Assembly (NCBI RefSeq): GCF_001194135.2
Contig: NC_069001.1
Coordinates: forward strand, 13,887,975-13,925,451
Direction: 5' to 3'
DNA: 37,477 nt
Source of the DNA: Octopus bimaculoides
Lineage: Eukaryota
How positions within the stretch are numbered: the first letter of the stretch is position 1; every line of letters begins with the position of its first letter. Positions 1 to 10,504 of the stretch are shown here, one piece after another. The notes beneath the pieces were generated by a model. It had not been told where the DNA came from and searched no databases. It saw nothing but the letters and a program-made list of their open reading frames with translations. The position numbers and the translations under genes are program-made.

Positions 1-64
1 TGTTCTCAAAGAAAATTTAGCTCCACCTAGTGGTCTCCTTTATATATATATATATATATATATA

Positions 65-270
65 TCTTAATATATAAATCTGAAGTTGTGTGTCTGTGTG
101 AAGCCTTTATGAAAGTTTATAGAAATCCACATTTTCCACTTTTTCGTAAAAATTTTTACATCAATGGAATTTTCTCGATGTGAACTTTCCAGTGCAGTAA
201 TTAGATTTTTTAAATTCCGTTTACTTTGTGTGATTTAAGGGAGATTTGGTTGTTGTTTCTAGCAACTTTT
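65..270 (+). mobile_element. Possible Helitron-like non-autonomous repeat (5' end)
   Basis: Starts TCTTAATATATAAATCTGAAGTTGTGTGTCTGTGTG after an A, resembling the TC/TATATAAA/GT-repeat start of non-autonomous Helitrons; no clear 3' hairpin plus CTRR found. Confidence 0.25.
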
Positions 271-274
271 ATAT

Positions 275-880
275 TTCATCCCTTCTACCTGGAACGCTAT
301 TCTTACACACGCGCTCACCACCTGCAACCCTCACCACCTACATCTAATCCACCCATCTATCCCCACATACCATCTGAATCTACTACCCCTATCTACTATC
401 CCACCACCACATCCACCAGACCTGCCACCCTTATCTATTATATCCCTGTACCCATTACTACCACCACCTGTATCTATCACCCTTATGTACAGCCTCCATC
501 TGCCACCACCCTTATCCAGTCAATCATTTATACTCCTATCAACCACCCTACCTATCACCCCATCTATCCCACCCCACCCTATTTAACACCCTCATCAAGT
601 ACTTTCATCTAGAACCCCCACCGACAATCCCCATCTATCCTATCCATCTACCCTAGCCATCCATCACCTTTATATACCCACCACCCATATCACACCCATC
701 TACTACCCTTCCCACCCCTACCCATATCTATCACCTTTACATTACCCCCTACTTACCACCCTTATCTGTTACCCCCGCTCCCTACCTTCTCTACTTCATC
801 CATACACCTCACCAAGCCACACCCATATCCCATCCCTTGTGTACCCCCTGTACCCCCATCCGCATCTTCCACCCTCATTA
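275..880 (+). repeat. Degenerate C-rich minisatellite (ccccatctatcc / accacc-type units)
   Basis: Strong C-over-G skew; the unit ccccatctatcct..agcca.c.atcacctttat occurs at about 629-672 and again at about 1203-1235. Confidence 0.8.
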
Positions 881-1313
881 TTGATTACAGATATTTTCCT
901 CAGCAACCTCCAATGCTAACTAAATCTCAACCAATCAGTAATAATATCTTTAAATACAGCCTGCCATACTGCAGCAGCATTTCATTCAGTCACATAATTG
1001 CAACCAATAATTAACAACCAGTTAATTAATCTAATTAATAATAAGTTATGATCAATGAGCACACACACACACAGACACACAATTATACACCTACTCACAC
1101 ATATTTTCATACAACTGCACATATTACAATTCTTAAAGAATGTGTACATCAATGTGTATATCTCGTTAAAGTATGCCTGTGTATGTATGTATGTATATAC
1201 AACCCCCATCTATCCTAGCCACCTATCACCTTTATTTACCGACCCTTACTATTTAAACTGTGTATGTGTGTGCACACCTATATATAGATATAATTTTTAA
1301 AGTGTATATATAA

Positions 1314-1344
<31 letters not shown>

Positions 1345-1817
1345 NNNNNNNNNNNNNNNNNNNNNNNNNNNNNNNNNNNNNNNNNNNNNNNNNNNNNNNN
1401 NNNNNNNNNNNNNNNNNNNNNNNNNNNNNNNNNNNNNNNNNNNNNNNNNNNNNNNNNNNNNNNNNNNNNNNNNNNNNNNNNNNNNNNNNNNNNNNNNNNN
1501 NNNNNNNNNNNNNNNNNNNNNNNNNNNNNNNNNNNNNNNNNNNNNNNNNNNNNNNNNNNNNNNNNNNNNNNNNNNNNNNNNNNNNNNNNNNNNNNNNNNN
1601 NNNNNNNNNNNNNNNNNNNNNNNNNNNNNNNNNNNNNNNNNNNNNNNNNNNNNNNNNNNNNNNNNNNNNNNNNNNNNNNNNNNNNNNNNNNNNNNNNNNN
1701 NNNNNNNNNNNNNNNNNNNNNNNNNNNNNNNNNNNNNNNNNNNNNNNNNNNNNNNNNNNNNNNNNNNNNNNNNNNNNNNNNNNNNNNNNNNNNNNNNNNN
1801 NNNNNNNNNNNNNNNNN

Positions 1818-1864
1818 TAGTAGTAGTAGTAGTAATGGTGGTGGTGGTGGTGGTGGTGGTGGAG

Positions 1865-1900
<36 letters not shown>

Positions 1901-1937
1901 ATGATGGTGGTGGTGGAGGTGGTAGTAGTAGTAGTAA
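1818..1937 (+). repeat. Compound (TAG)n/(TGG)n microsatellite
   Basis: Direct reading. Confidence 0.95.
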
Positions 1938-2059
1938 TCTCCTCATTGTCAACACCACCCTGCTTCCATTAACACCAGCCAACTAACCAACCAATCAGCC
2001 AGCCAACCAGTCTGACAGTTCGATATTCCCAGCCTCTCTTTATTGATTGGAATCAGTCT

Positions 2060-2370
2060 GGCATCATCACCATCAACACCATCATCACCACCACCAACAA
2101 CAACAACATTACCGCACCTACTACTAGCACCAACATTACTAATATTGCCACACCATCACCACTACTGCTACTACCATCATCAACAACAACAACACTATTA
2201 CACCATTATTACACTATTATTACTACAACCACCACCACTACCGTCACCACCACAATCCACCATCTCCACTAAAACCACCTCCATCATTACTACTGTCACC
2301 TCAGCACTGATATTACCACCACTACTACCACTTCACCCCACACCACCACTACTGTGCCACACCCCACCAC
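2060..2370 (+). repeat. Degenerate (CAC/CAA/CTA)n microsatellite
   Basis: Direct reading; explains the T/P/H/Q-rich ORF 2043-2456. Confidence 0.9.
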
Positions 2371-2559
2371 AGAGATATCCATCTCCCTTTCTGTATGATT
2401 CTTTTTCCCTGTATTACGATGACTCGCCACCACTTTTCATTGTATATGGATATTGATGAGACAATAAAGGTGTGTACAGGTGTGTGAATGTGTGTGTTTG
2501 TGTCTGTGTGTGTGTGTGTGTAAACACGTGTGTGGATAGGTATGTGTGTGTATTTATGT

Positions 2560-2909
2560 ATTCTTTTTATTCTTTTTTATTTGTTTCAGCCATTTGACTG
2601 TGGCCATGCTGGAGCACCACCTTTAGTCGAACAAGTCGACTTATTCTTTGTAAGCCTAGTACTTGTCTTGTTGGTCTCTTTTGCCAAACTGTTAAGTTAC
2701 GGGGACGTAAACACACCAACGTCAGTTGTCAAGCAATGGTGGGGTGACAAACACAGACACACACACATATGATGAACTTCTTTCAGTTTCCATCTACCAA
2801 ATCCACTAACAAGGTTTTGATCGGCCTGAGGCTATAGTAGAAGACACTTACCCAAGGTGCCACGCAGTGGGACTGAACCCAGAACCATGTGGTTGGGAAG
2901 CAAGCTACT

Positions 2910-2913
<4 letters not shown>
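2560..2913 (-). mobile_element. tRNA-derived SINE, family A (CORE-like segment), near full length
   Basis: Minus strand: head with B-box GGTTCAGTCCC, ggcaccttgggtaagtgtcttctactatagcc, body gtgtttacgtccccgtaac and tail ggtgctccagcatggccacagtcaaatggctgaaac; matches copies at 3467, 9406, 11108 and 17346. Confidence 0.9.
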
Positions 2914-2962
<49 letters not shown>

Positions 2963-3010
2963 TATGAATATCTATCCATCCATATGTATAACATATTTAA
3001 GGAAGAGAGG

Positions 3011-3182
3011 TGACAAAGGAATAATGATTATCTTATGAACTTCATTAGCTTACAGCTGTTTCCACTATAAGATGTGGTGGATTCATAGTTGAGTGCCGGA
3101 GTAACACCTTACAGTTTCATCAGAACTTCAAAGATGAAATACAATTTATTAGCTGTAAGCTAATTGCTTTATTCCTTTGTCA
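3011..3182 (-). mobile_element. Penelope-like terminal-repeat remnant: inverted repeats enclosing a hammerhead
   Basis: 3011-3024 is the exact reverse complement of 3169-3182, and 3044-3057 of 3151-3164; a hammerhead core lies between them. Confidence 0.55.
3047..3127 (-). ncRNA. Type I hammerhead ribozyme motif with long stem II
   Basis: Minus strand reads AGTT-CTGATGA-A-ACTGTAAGGTGT-[28 nt]-ACATCTTATAGT-G-GAAA-CAGCTG-TA-AGCT: intact CUGAUGA and GAAA cores, 12-bp stem II (2 G:U), palindromic stem III ACAGCTGT, GUA cleavage triplet, 4-bp stem I. Confidence 0.7.
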
Positions 3183-3286
3183 TCTCATTTTCATTGCATT
3201 TCTCTGTATTCATCTAACACTTTGCTCTGAAGCATACGTATATTGAGTCCTACACCAGGTTATTAGTATCACAATGCCTAAGTGAA

Positions 3287-3440
3287 ATCATCATTTAACA
3301 TCCGTTGTCCATGTTGGCATGGGTTGGAAAGTTTGACCAAAGCTGGGGAGCTGCACCAGACTCCAGTCTGATTTGATTGGGTGCCCTTCCTAATACCAAC
3401 CACTTTACAGAGTGTGTTGGGTGCTTTTATGTGGCACCAC
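3287..3440 (-). mobile_element. SINE 3' part, family D (aggaagggcatcc..., (GAT)n tail)
   Basis: Reverse complement of the gtggttggtattaggaagggcacccaatc...gatgttaaatgatgat module also at 11938, 20650, 22074 and 24765. Confidence 0.8.
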
Positions 3441-3466
3441 ATGGGCGATTCTGCATATACATACTG

Positions 3467-3850
3467 TACTCTTTTACTTGTTTCAGTCATTTGACTGCGG
3501 CCATGCTGGAGCACCGCCTTTGATCCCAGGACTTATTCTTTGTAAGCCCAGTACTTATTCTATCGGTCTCTTTTGCCGAACCGCTAAGTTACGGGGATGT
3601 AAACACACCACTATCAGTTGTCAAGCGATGTTGCGGGGACAAACACAGACACACAAACACATACACATATATATATATACATATATACGACGGGCTTCTT
3701 TCAGTTTCCATCTACCAAATCCACTCACAAGGCTTTGGTCGGCCCGAGGCTATAGTAGAAGTCACTTGCCCAAGGTGCCACGCAGTGAGACTGAACCCGG
3801 AAACATGTGGTTGGTAAGCAAGCTACTTACCACACAGCCACTTCCACGCC
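3467..3850 (-). mobile_element. SINE family A, full length
   Basis: Head ggaagtggctgtgtggtaagtagcttgc through tail gaaacaagtaaaagagta; collinear with the 17346-17782 copy. Confidence 0.92.
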
Positions 3851-4123
3851 TATATATAAATTTTCTTATAATCATGTGTGTATAAATATATACATATACA
3901 CACACACGCACACAGGCATATATATATATATGAATATCTGCATACAGACGTATACATACATACACAGTTTTCCAGTTTTTCTAAGCTCTGTAAAAGAACT
4001 TGGGAGGTTGAGCCCCAAAACAGGCCTTTTGCAATACTCGTAAAGTCCAGCACTTTTAAGCAGTACCTCATATATAGGTACATACTCATGTATGTACGTA
4101 CCTACCTACCTACATACATACTA

Positions 4124-5324
4124 ACAAGCACACATAATTTCCACATAAACAGTGATGTAGACCACCTCTACCTAAAACGAAAACAAGGCGGTAGAGGTTA
4201 AACATCGATCCTAAATGCCCTTGAATGTCATATCATATCCCTTCAGCAACATCTTTTAACCATCAAAGTGAAAGGATGAGCCATCAAGATGAAAGGATGA
4301 GCCTATATGAGCAGAAGACTATGCATGGTTATGTTAGTAGAAAACTCCGAGATGATAGAAACATTGATCATCAAAGCAGTCTATCATGGACCAATAGCCA
4401 AATAATTACCTCCCACTTTGAAGGGCATGCGTTTGCAATCCAGGAACAGGAAATATCAACTAAGTGTGTAATTGATGCACAAAAGGGACAGAGATGCAAG
4501 AAAAGCAGTAAAATGTGACAATTGATATAGACTTTGTGAAGTTAATACCAAAGATATCACCCACATTATAAGTAGTTGTCTGAAAATGTCATCACGGTAT
4601 TATCTACCAATGAGACATGATGCTGTAGCTAGGACACTCTATAATGAAATCCATCAGAAGGATAACCCCAAGAACAAAGAAATAAGAAACCACAATATGG
4701 TAGAAGCCTTAGCCACTCATAATAAAAAGGAATACTGGTGGAATGTACCAGTGAAGAACTCAATAAAATGTAAGCACAACAGATCTGATATAATGATTTG
4801 GGATAGAGAAGAGAAACTGTGCACAGTTGTGGAAATTAGCTGCCCAGAGGATGTTAACATAAAGCTAAAGATCAGTGAAAAAGAGAACGCCTATGCTAAT
4901 CTATTGAGAAATCTGCAGTTACTCTATCCAGATTACAAGTTCAGGTTTACACCTGTAATTATTGGGGCCCTGGGATATGTAACACACTGCCAATCTTGAA
5001 AAATTAGGCTTCTCAAAACCAGAAAGGAGAAAGCTAATTCGAAGACTACAGATCCAATCCATCACTGGAACTGTAAAAATCTGTAAAACTTTTCAGAAGT
5101 TTATCATTTAAATATATATGAGCATGTGTAGATATGCAACTATATACATGAGAATACATACATAGAGTAAAACATATACAAATCTGCACATACATACAAA
5201 CATACAAACAAACAAAAATACCCTGTTGTTGATGTTGAAATTCCAATGAAGGAGCCTTGGATCTAGGTAAGAAACCAGTTCTTTCTCTATTGGCAAGAAA
5301 TCTTGAAATAAAACTGAACAATGG
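4124..5324 (+). mobile_element. 5'-truncated non-LTR retrotransposon with restriction-like endonuclease (R4/Dong-type), decayed
   Basis: Across frameshifts: HINSDVDHLYLKRKQGGRG (post-RT motif), HFEGHAFAIQEQ, zinc knuckle RLC..HIISSC, RHDAVA, WWN..NRSDIMIWD..EISCP..EKENAY, PVIIGALG, GTVKICKTF; stop at 5109-5111, then a 3' UTR; flanked by the 11-bp direct repeat CATACATACTA (4113-4123, 5325-5335). Confidence 0.9.
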
Positions 5325-5512
5325 CATACATACTAGAGGAATACATTCGTTAATAATTTCATATTCTTCAGTCATTGAAGTATTTAGTTCAATAAACCAA
5401 CCTTAATACATATTCTATTGCTTCCATTTTGCCAGACTGCTATATTTTGAAGACATAAACAAGCCAACACCGCTTGTTGAGTAGAGAACACACACACACA
5501 CACACACAAAAT

Positions 5513-5652
5513 AGGCTTCTACCATGAAATTCACTCACAAGCCACTGGGCAATCCTAGGGTGGCAGGAGAAAATACATGTCCAAGGTGTTGTACAGTGAA
5601 ACTGAACCTAAAAACAGAAGCTTGAAAGCAAATTTCTGAGTCACAAACCCAT
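5513..5652 (-). mobile_element. Degraded SINE family A head
   Basis: aaattcactcacaag...ccaaggtg...gtgaaactgaacc matches the family A head in minus orientation. Confidence 0.6.
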
Positions 5653-6915
5653 GTACATACACATACATCTGTCTGTTTCTCTCTCTCTCTTTGTGTGTGT
5701 GCGTGTGTGTGTATGTATATATATATATATATATTTAATCAATTAAATAATAGGATTAAATCTTTTACAAGAATTTTATCAAGAAGCTAGCATGAAAAAA
5801 CTCATAAGGGGGAAAAAAAAATCCATCATTTTTTTATTCCCAAGAATATATTTATTTATTTATATAAGGGCATTATGGCATTATTCTGTAGTAATGNNNN
5901 NNNNNNNNNNNNNNNNNNNNNNNNNNNNNNNNNNNNNNNNNNNNNNNNNNNNNNNNNNNNNNNNNNNNNNNNNNNNNNNNNNNNNNNNNNNNNNNNNNNN
6001 NNNNNNNNNNNNNNNNNNNNNNNNNNNNNNNNNNNNNNNNNNNNNNNNNNNNNNNNNNNNNNNNNNNNNNNNNNNNNNNNNNNNNNNNNNNNNNNNNNNN
6101 NNNNNNNNNNNNNNNNNNNNNNNNNNNNNNNNNNNNNNNNNNNNNNNNNNNNNNNNNNNNNNNNNNNNNNNNNNNNNNNNNNNNNNNNNNNNNNNNNNNN
6201 NNNNNNNNNNNNNNNNNNNNNNNNNNNNNNNNNNNNNNNNNNNNNNNNNNNNNNNNNNNNNNNNNNNNNNNNNNNNNNNNNNNNNNNNNNNNNNNNNNNN
6301 NNNNNNNNNNNNNNNNNNNNNNNNNNNNNNNNNNNNNNNNNNNNNNNNNNNNNNNNNNNNNNNNNNNNNNNNNNNNNNNNNNNNNNNNNNNNNNNNNNNN
6401 NNNNNNNNNNNNNNNNNNNNNNNNNNNNNNNNNNNNNNNNNNNNNNNNNNNNNNNNNNNNNNNNNNNNNNNNNNNNNNNNNNNNNNNNNNNNNNNNNNNN
6501 NNNNNNNNNNNNNNNNNNNNNNNNNNNNNNNNNNNNNNNNNNNNNNNNNNNNNNNNNNNNNNNNNNNNNNNNNNNNNNNNNNNNNNNNNNNNNNNNNNNN
6601 NNNNNNNNNNNNNNNNNNNNNNNNNNNNNNNNNNNNNNNNNNNNNNNNNNNNNNNNNNNNNNNNNNNNNNNNNNNNNNNNNNNNNNNNNNNNNNNNNNNN
6701 NNNNNNNNNNATACGTTCGTGCTGCAGATCGAGGTGAGAGGGATAACTTCCCTTGGCAAACAGGACACAGTCGTGTGTCGATAAGCCAGCTGGAGGAGAC
6801 GTCCTCCTGGGGCTAAAAGCAACAGTAACATCCACCCCTAGGGGTCAGCCACACTTAAGTGGCAATATACTACACTTTATCGTGCAGTTACTGTTAATAC
6901 TTCATTTAGAGAATT

Positions 6916-6954
<39 letters not shown>

Positions 6955-6967
6955 GCATATACACACA

Positions 6968-7115
6968 CAACAGGCTTCTTTACAGTTACCGTTTACCAAA
7001 TTTCACTCACTAGGCATTGGTCTTTGGTCAACCTATGGAAACAGAAGATATTTTCCCAAGATGTCACCCAGTGGAATTTGAACCTGGAACTTGGTAGTTG
7101 CTAAGCAAACATCTA
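6968..7115 (-). mobile_element. Degraded SINE family A head
   Basis: caggcttctttacagttaccgtttaccaaatttcactcac...cccaagatgtcacccagtggaatttgaacctgg. Confidence 0.65.
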
Positions 7116-7119
7116 CACA

Positions 7120-7435
7120 CTATCTTAAACACACAAACACAATACCACATACACACATGAATGTACACATATACCCAAACATTACATACACACTGACACA
7201 CACACACAAATATGTACACAAAAATGTTTACACACAAAAGCATATAAATGCAGAAAGACAATATACACATGCATTTACGCACACAAAAATGCTTAGATAA
7301 ATACATACATGAGTATTGAAGCACAGGCTCATACTCAAGTATAAACACATGGACAATAAACAAATAAACACGCAACATCATGCATATGTAAACACACTAA
7401 CACATAGATAACACAAAGAGCAACACACACATACA

Positions 7436-7474
<39 letters not shown>

Positions 7475-7538
7475 ACAAACACACAGAATAAAACATGCAC
7501 TCACATATAGAAACATACACTTGCAAACACACACACAG

Positions 7539-7601
<63 letters not shown>

Positions 7602-8467
7602 GCATTACACATATACACATAAACAAAAACATAGATGCAGAGAAATATGCACATGCAAATACAATAACACACACACACACACAAACAGCAATATACAATG
7701 CACATTCCCTCATACACTAGAACATACATACAGCAACACGAACACATGAATACACACACACAGAAGAAAATAAACACATGGACATACACACATACACACA
7801 GACAGAGCAACACAAACACAGGATAACACACACACAAACAAACAAACACACACACAAAAGAACACACGTACACAGAGTAAAACAAATACATGGACACAAA
7901 CACACAGAGAATGACACAAACATTTGAACACATGCACACAAACACACACACAGCAAAACACTCATGGACACACACACGCATGCACACACACAGAGCAACA
8001 CAAACACATGCACACACATGNNNNNNNNNNNNNNNNNNNNNNNNNNNNNNNNNNNNNNNNNNNNNNNNNNNNNNNNNNNNNNNNNNNNNNNNNNNNNNNN
8101 NNNNNNNNNNNNNNNNNNNNNNNNNNNNNNNNNNNNNNNNNNNNNNNNNNNNNNNNNNNNNNNNNNNNNNNNNNNNNNNNNNNNNNNNNNNNNNNNNNNN
8201 NNNNNNNNNNNNNNNNNNNNNNNNNNNNNNNNNNNNNNNNNNNNNNNNNNNNNNNNNNNNNNNNNNNNNNNNNNNNNNNNNNNNNNNNNNNNNNNNNAAC
8301 ACTCATGGACACACACACGCATGCACACACACAGAGCAACACAAACACATGCACACACATGCAAACAGCTACACAAATACCTGAACACACAGACACACAA
8401 CACACACAGAGGAGAACCCATGAACACATGAACACACACAGCAACATAAACACACACATACAGAGCA

Positions 8468-8501
<34 letters not shown>

Positions 8502-8530
8502 GAGAACCCATATGCACACAGCAACTCAGA
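7120..8530 (+). repeat. Complex degenerate AC-rich minisatellite (contains gap 8021-8297)
   Basis: Recurring cacagagcaacacaaacac, catggacac and cagaggagaaccca motifs; the last recurs about 90 bp apart near 8407 and 8497. Confidence 0.85.
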
Positions 8531-8661
8531 ACAACACAAACACACAGACAGTGAGACCTCCCATAGTAACAAACTGCTCGATTCTGACAAACATGTCACA
8601 GCTTGATAGTTTGGAAACTGATGTTCGCATTGTTACAAAGAAATACTCGCATCAAGTTTAC

Positions 8662-8787
8662 CTGATCCAGTGCAACAACACCAAGAGTGCAGCATATGCA
8701 CAAAAATATAGCGTGTGTGCAGATGATGCAATGTAAGCAAGCCTGCGTATGATACAACGAGAGTATTTTGTTCTTATGTAATTCCAT
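8662..8787 (-). CDS. Candidate internal coding exon (126 nt, symmetric), hydrophobic C-terminal half
   Basis: Acceptor atcttattcacaccAG and donor CAG|GTAAAC; unique sequence between microsatellites; open as WNYIRTKYSRCIIRRLAYIASSAHTLYFCAYAALLVLLHWI (phase 2) and also in phase 0. Family not recognised. Confidence 0.5.
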
Positions 8788-9030
8788 CTGGTGTGAATAA
8801 GATATGTACATGGGATTGATTTTGCTAACATAAGCCATTAGATACATACAGACAAGTATATGTGTATGTATGTATGTATATATGTATGTGTATGTGTCTA
8901 GAGAGAGAGGTGAGTACAGAGAGAGAGGTGTGTATATCCATACATACATATTAATATATATATATATATATATAGATAGATAGATAGATAGATAGATTGA
9001 TTGACTGATATGTGTGCTTGTGTATATATG

Positions 9031-9083
<53 letters not shown>

Positions 9084-9321
9084 NNNNNNNNNNNNNNNNN
9101 NNNNNNNNNNNNNNNNNNNNNNNNNNNNNNNNNNNNNNNNNNNNNNNNNNNNNNNNNNNNNNNNNNNNNNNNNNNNNNNNNNNNNNNNNNNNNNNNNNNN
9201 NNNNNNNNNNNNNNNNNNNNNNNNNNNNNNNNNNNNNNNNNNNNNNNNNNNNNNNNNNNNNNNNNNNNNNNNNNNNNNNNNNNNNNNNNNNNNNNNNNNN
9301 NNNNNNNNNNNNNNNNNNNNN

Positions 9322-9370
<49 letters not shown>

Positions 9371-9405
9371 GTACATATATCATCGATGATGATGATATAT
9401 ATATA

Positions 9406-9903
9406 GGAGTAGCTGTGTGGTAAGTAGCTTTCTTACCAACCACGTGGTTCCAGGTTCAGTCCCACTGCATGGCACCTTGGGTAAGTGTCTTCTACTATAG
9501 CCTTGGGCTAGTGTCTTCTACTATAGCCTTGGGCTAACCAAATCCTTGTGAGTAGATATGGTAGACGGAAACTATATATATGTGTGTGGGTATATGTTTG
9601 TGTGTCTGTGTTTGTGCCCCCACCCCCAACTCGCTTGACAACCAATGGTGGTGTGTTTACGTCCCCTGAAAGAAGCCTGTCATGAAACTGAAAGAAGCCT
9701 GTCGTGTCCCCCAACCATCACTTGACAACCGATGTTGGTGTCTTTATGTCCCTGTAACATTAGCAGTTCAGTAAAAGAGAATGATAAAATAGCTACTAGG
9801 CTTACAAAGAATAAGTCCCAGGGTCAATTTCTTTGACTATAAAACCCTTTAAGGTGGTGCTCCAGCATGGCCACAGTCAAGTAACTGAAACAAGTAAAAG
9901 AAT
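9406..9903 (+). mobile_element. SINE family A, internally rearranged
   Basis: Head ggagtagctgtgtggtaagtagc, B-box ggttcagtccc, 26-bp tandem duplication 9485-9536, duplicated body segment, normal tail. Confidence 0.9.
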
Positions 9904-10078
9904 AAATACGAACACACACACACACTTGTACAAAGAGAATGAATAAAGCACTGCATAGACAGACAGACAGACACACACACACACACACACACACAGAGCC
10001 AGACAAACACATGAAAACAGAATTAGCAAACACTTTGTACGACTAAAACTGGTAATACACACAAACACATACAACACA

Positions 10079-10113
<35 letters not shown>

Positions 10114-10504
10114 TCTATGTATACACAACTTGGCATACATTTTCAAATATATACCCCTTCATACACACCCGATGTGTGTGTGTGTGTGTGTGTGTGTGTT
10201 GATTAATAGAGAATGATTAAAGTTTTGTATATGTAACCAGCAAATGACTAATGCGTGAAATACTGTCACTCACCTAAAAATACATACAAAACACACATAT
10301 ACACACATCTATCTGTTCAATATATGCATGAGTATATGTGTGTATATCTGAATATAGATATGAATCTTTCATACGTGTGTGTGTGTGTGTTTATGTGTAT
10401 ATGTTTGGGTGTGTAATTTGTTATGTATGCATGTGTTTCTGTACATTTATTTATGGTGTATATAAATTTCCTTATATAATTTATTTCATGTATAATACGT
10501 AACT

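Noticed and set aside
4260-4301. 21-bp tandem duplication ccatcaa..tgaaaggatgag
   Set aside because: A local slippage or deletion scar inside the dead LINE; no wider significance evident.
6770-6850. HDV-like ribozyme on the minus strand
   Set aside because: P4-like hairpin and a CTTAT linker are present, but no P3/L3 and no P1.1 GG:CC pairing could be fitted.
7956-8362. About 65-bp direct repeat flanking gap 8021-8297
   Set aside because: Probably the same overlap artefact within a minisatellite.
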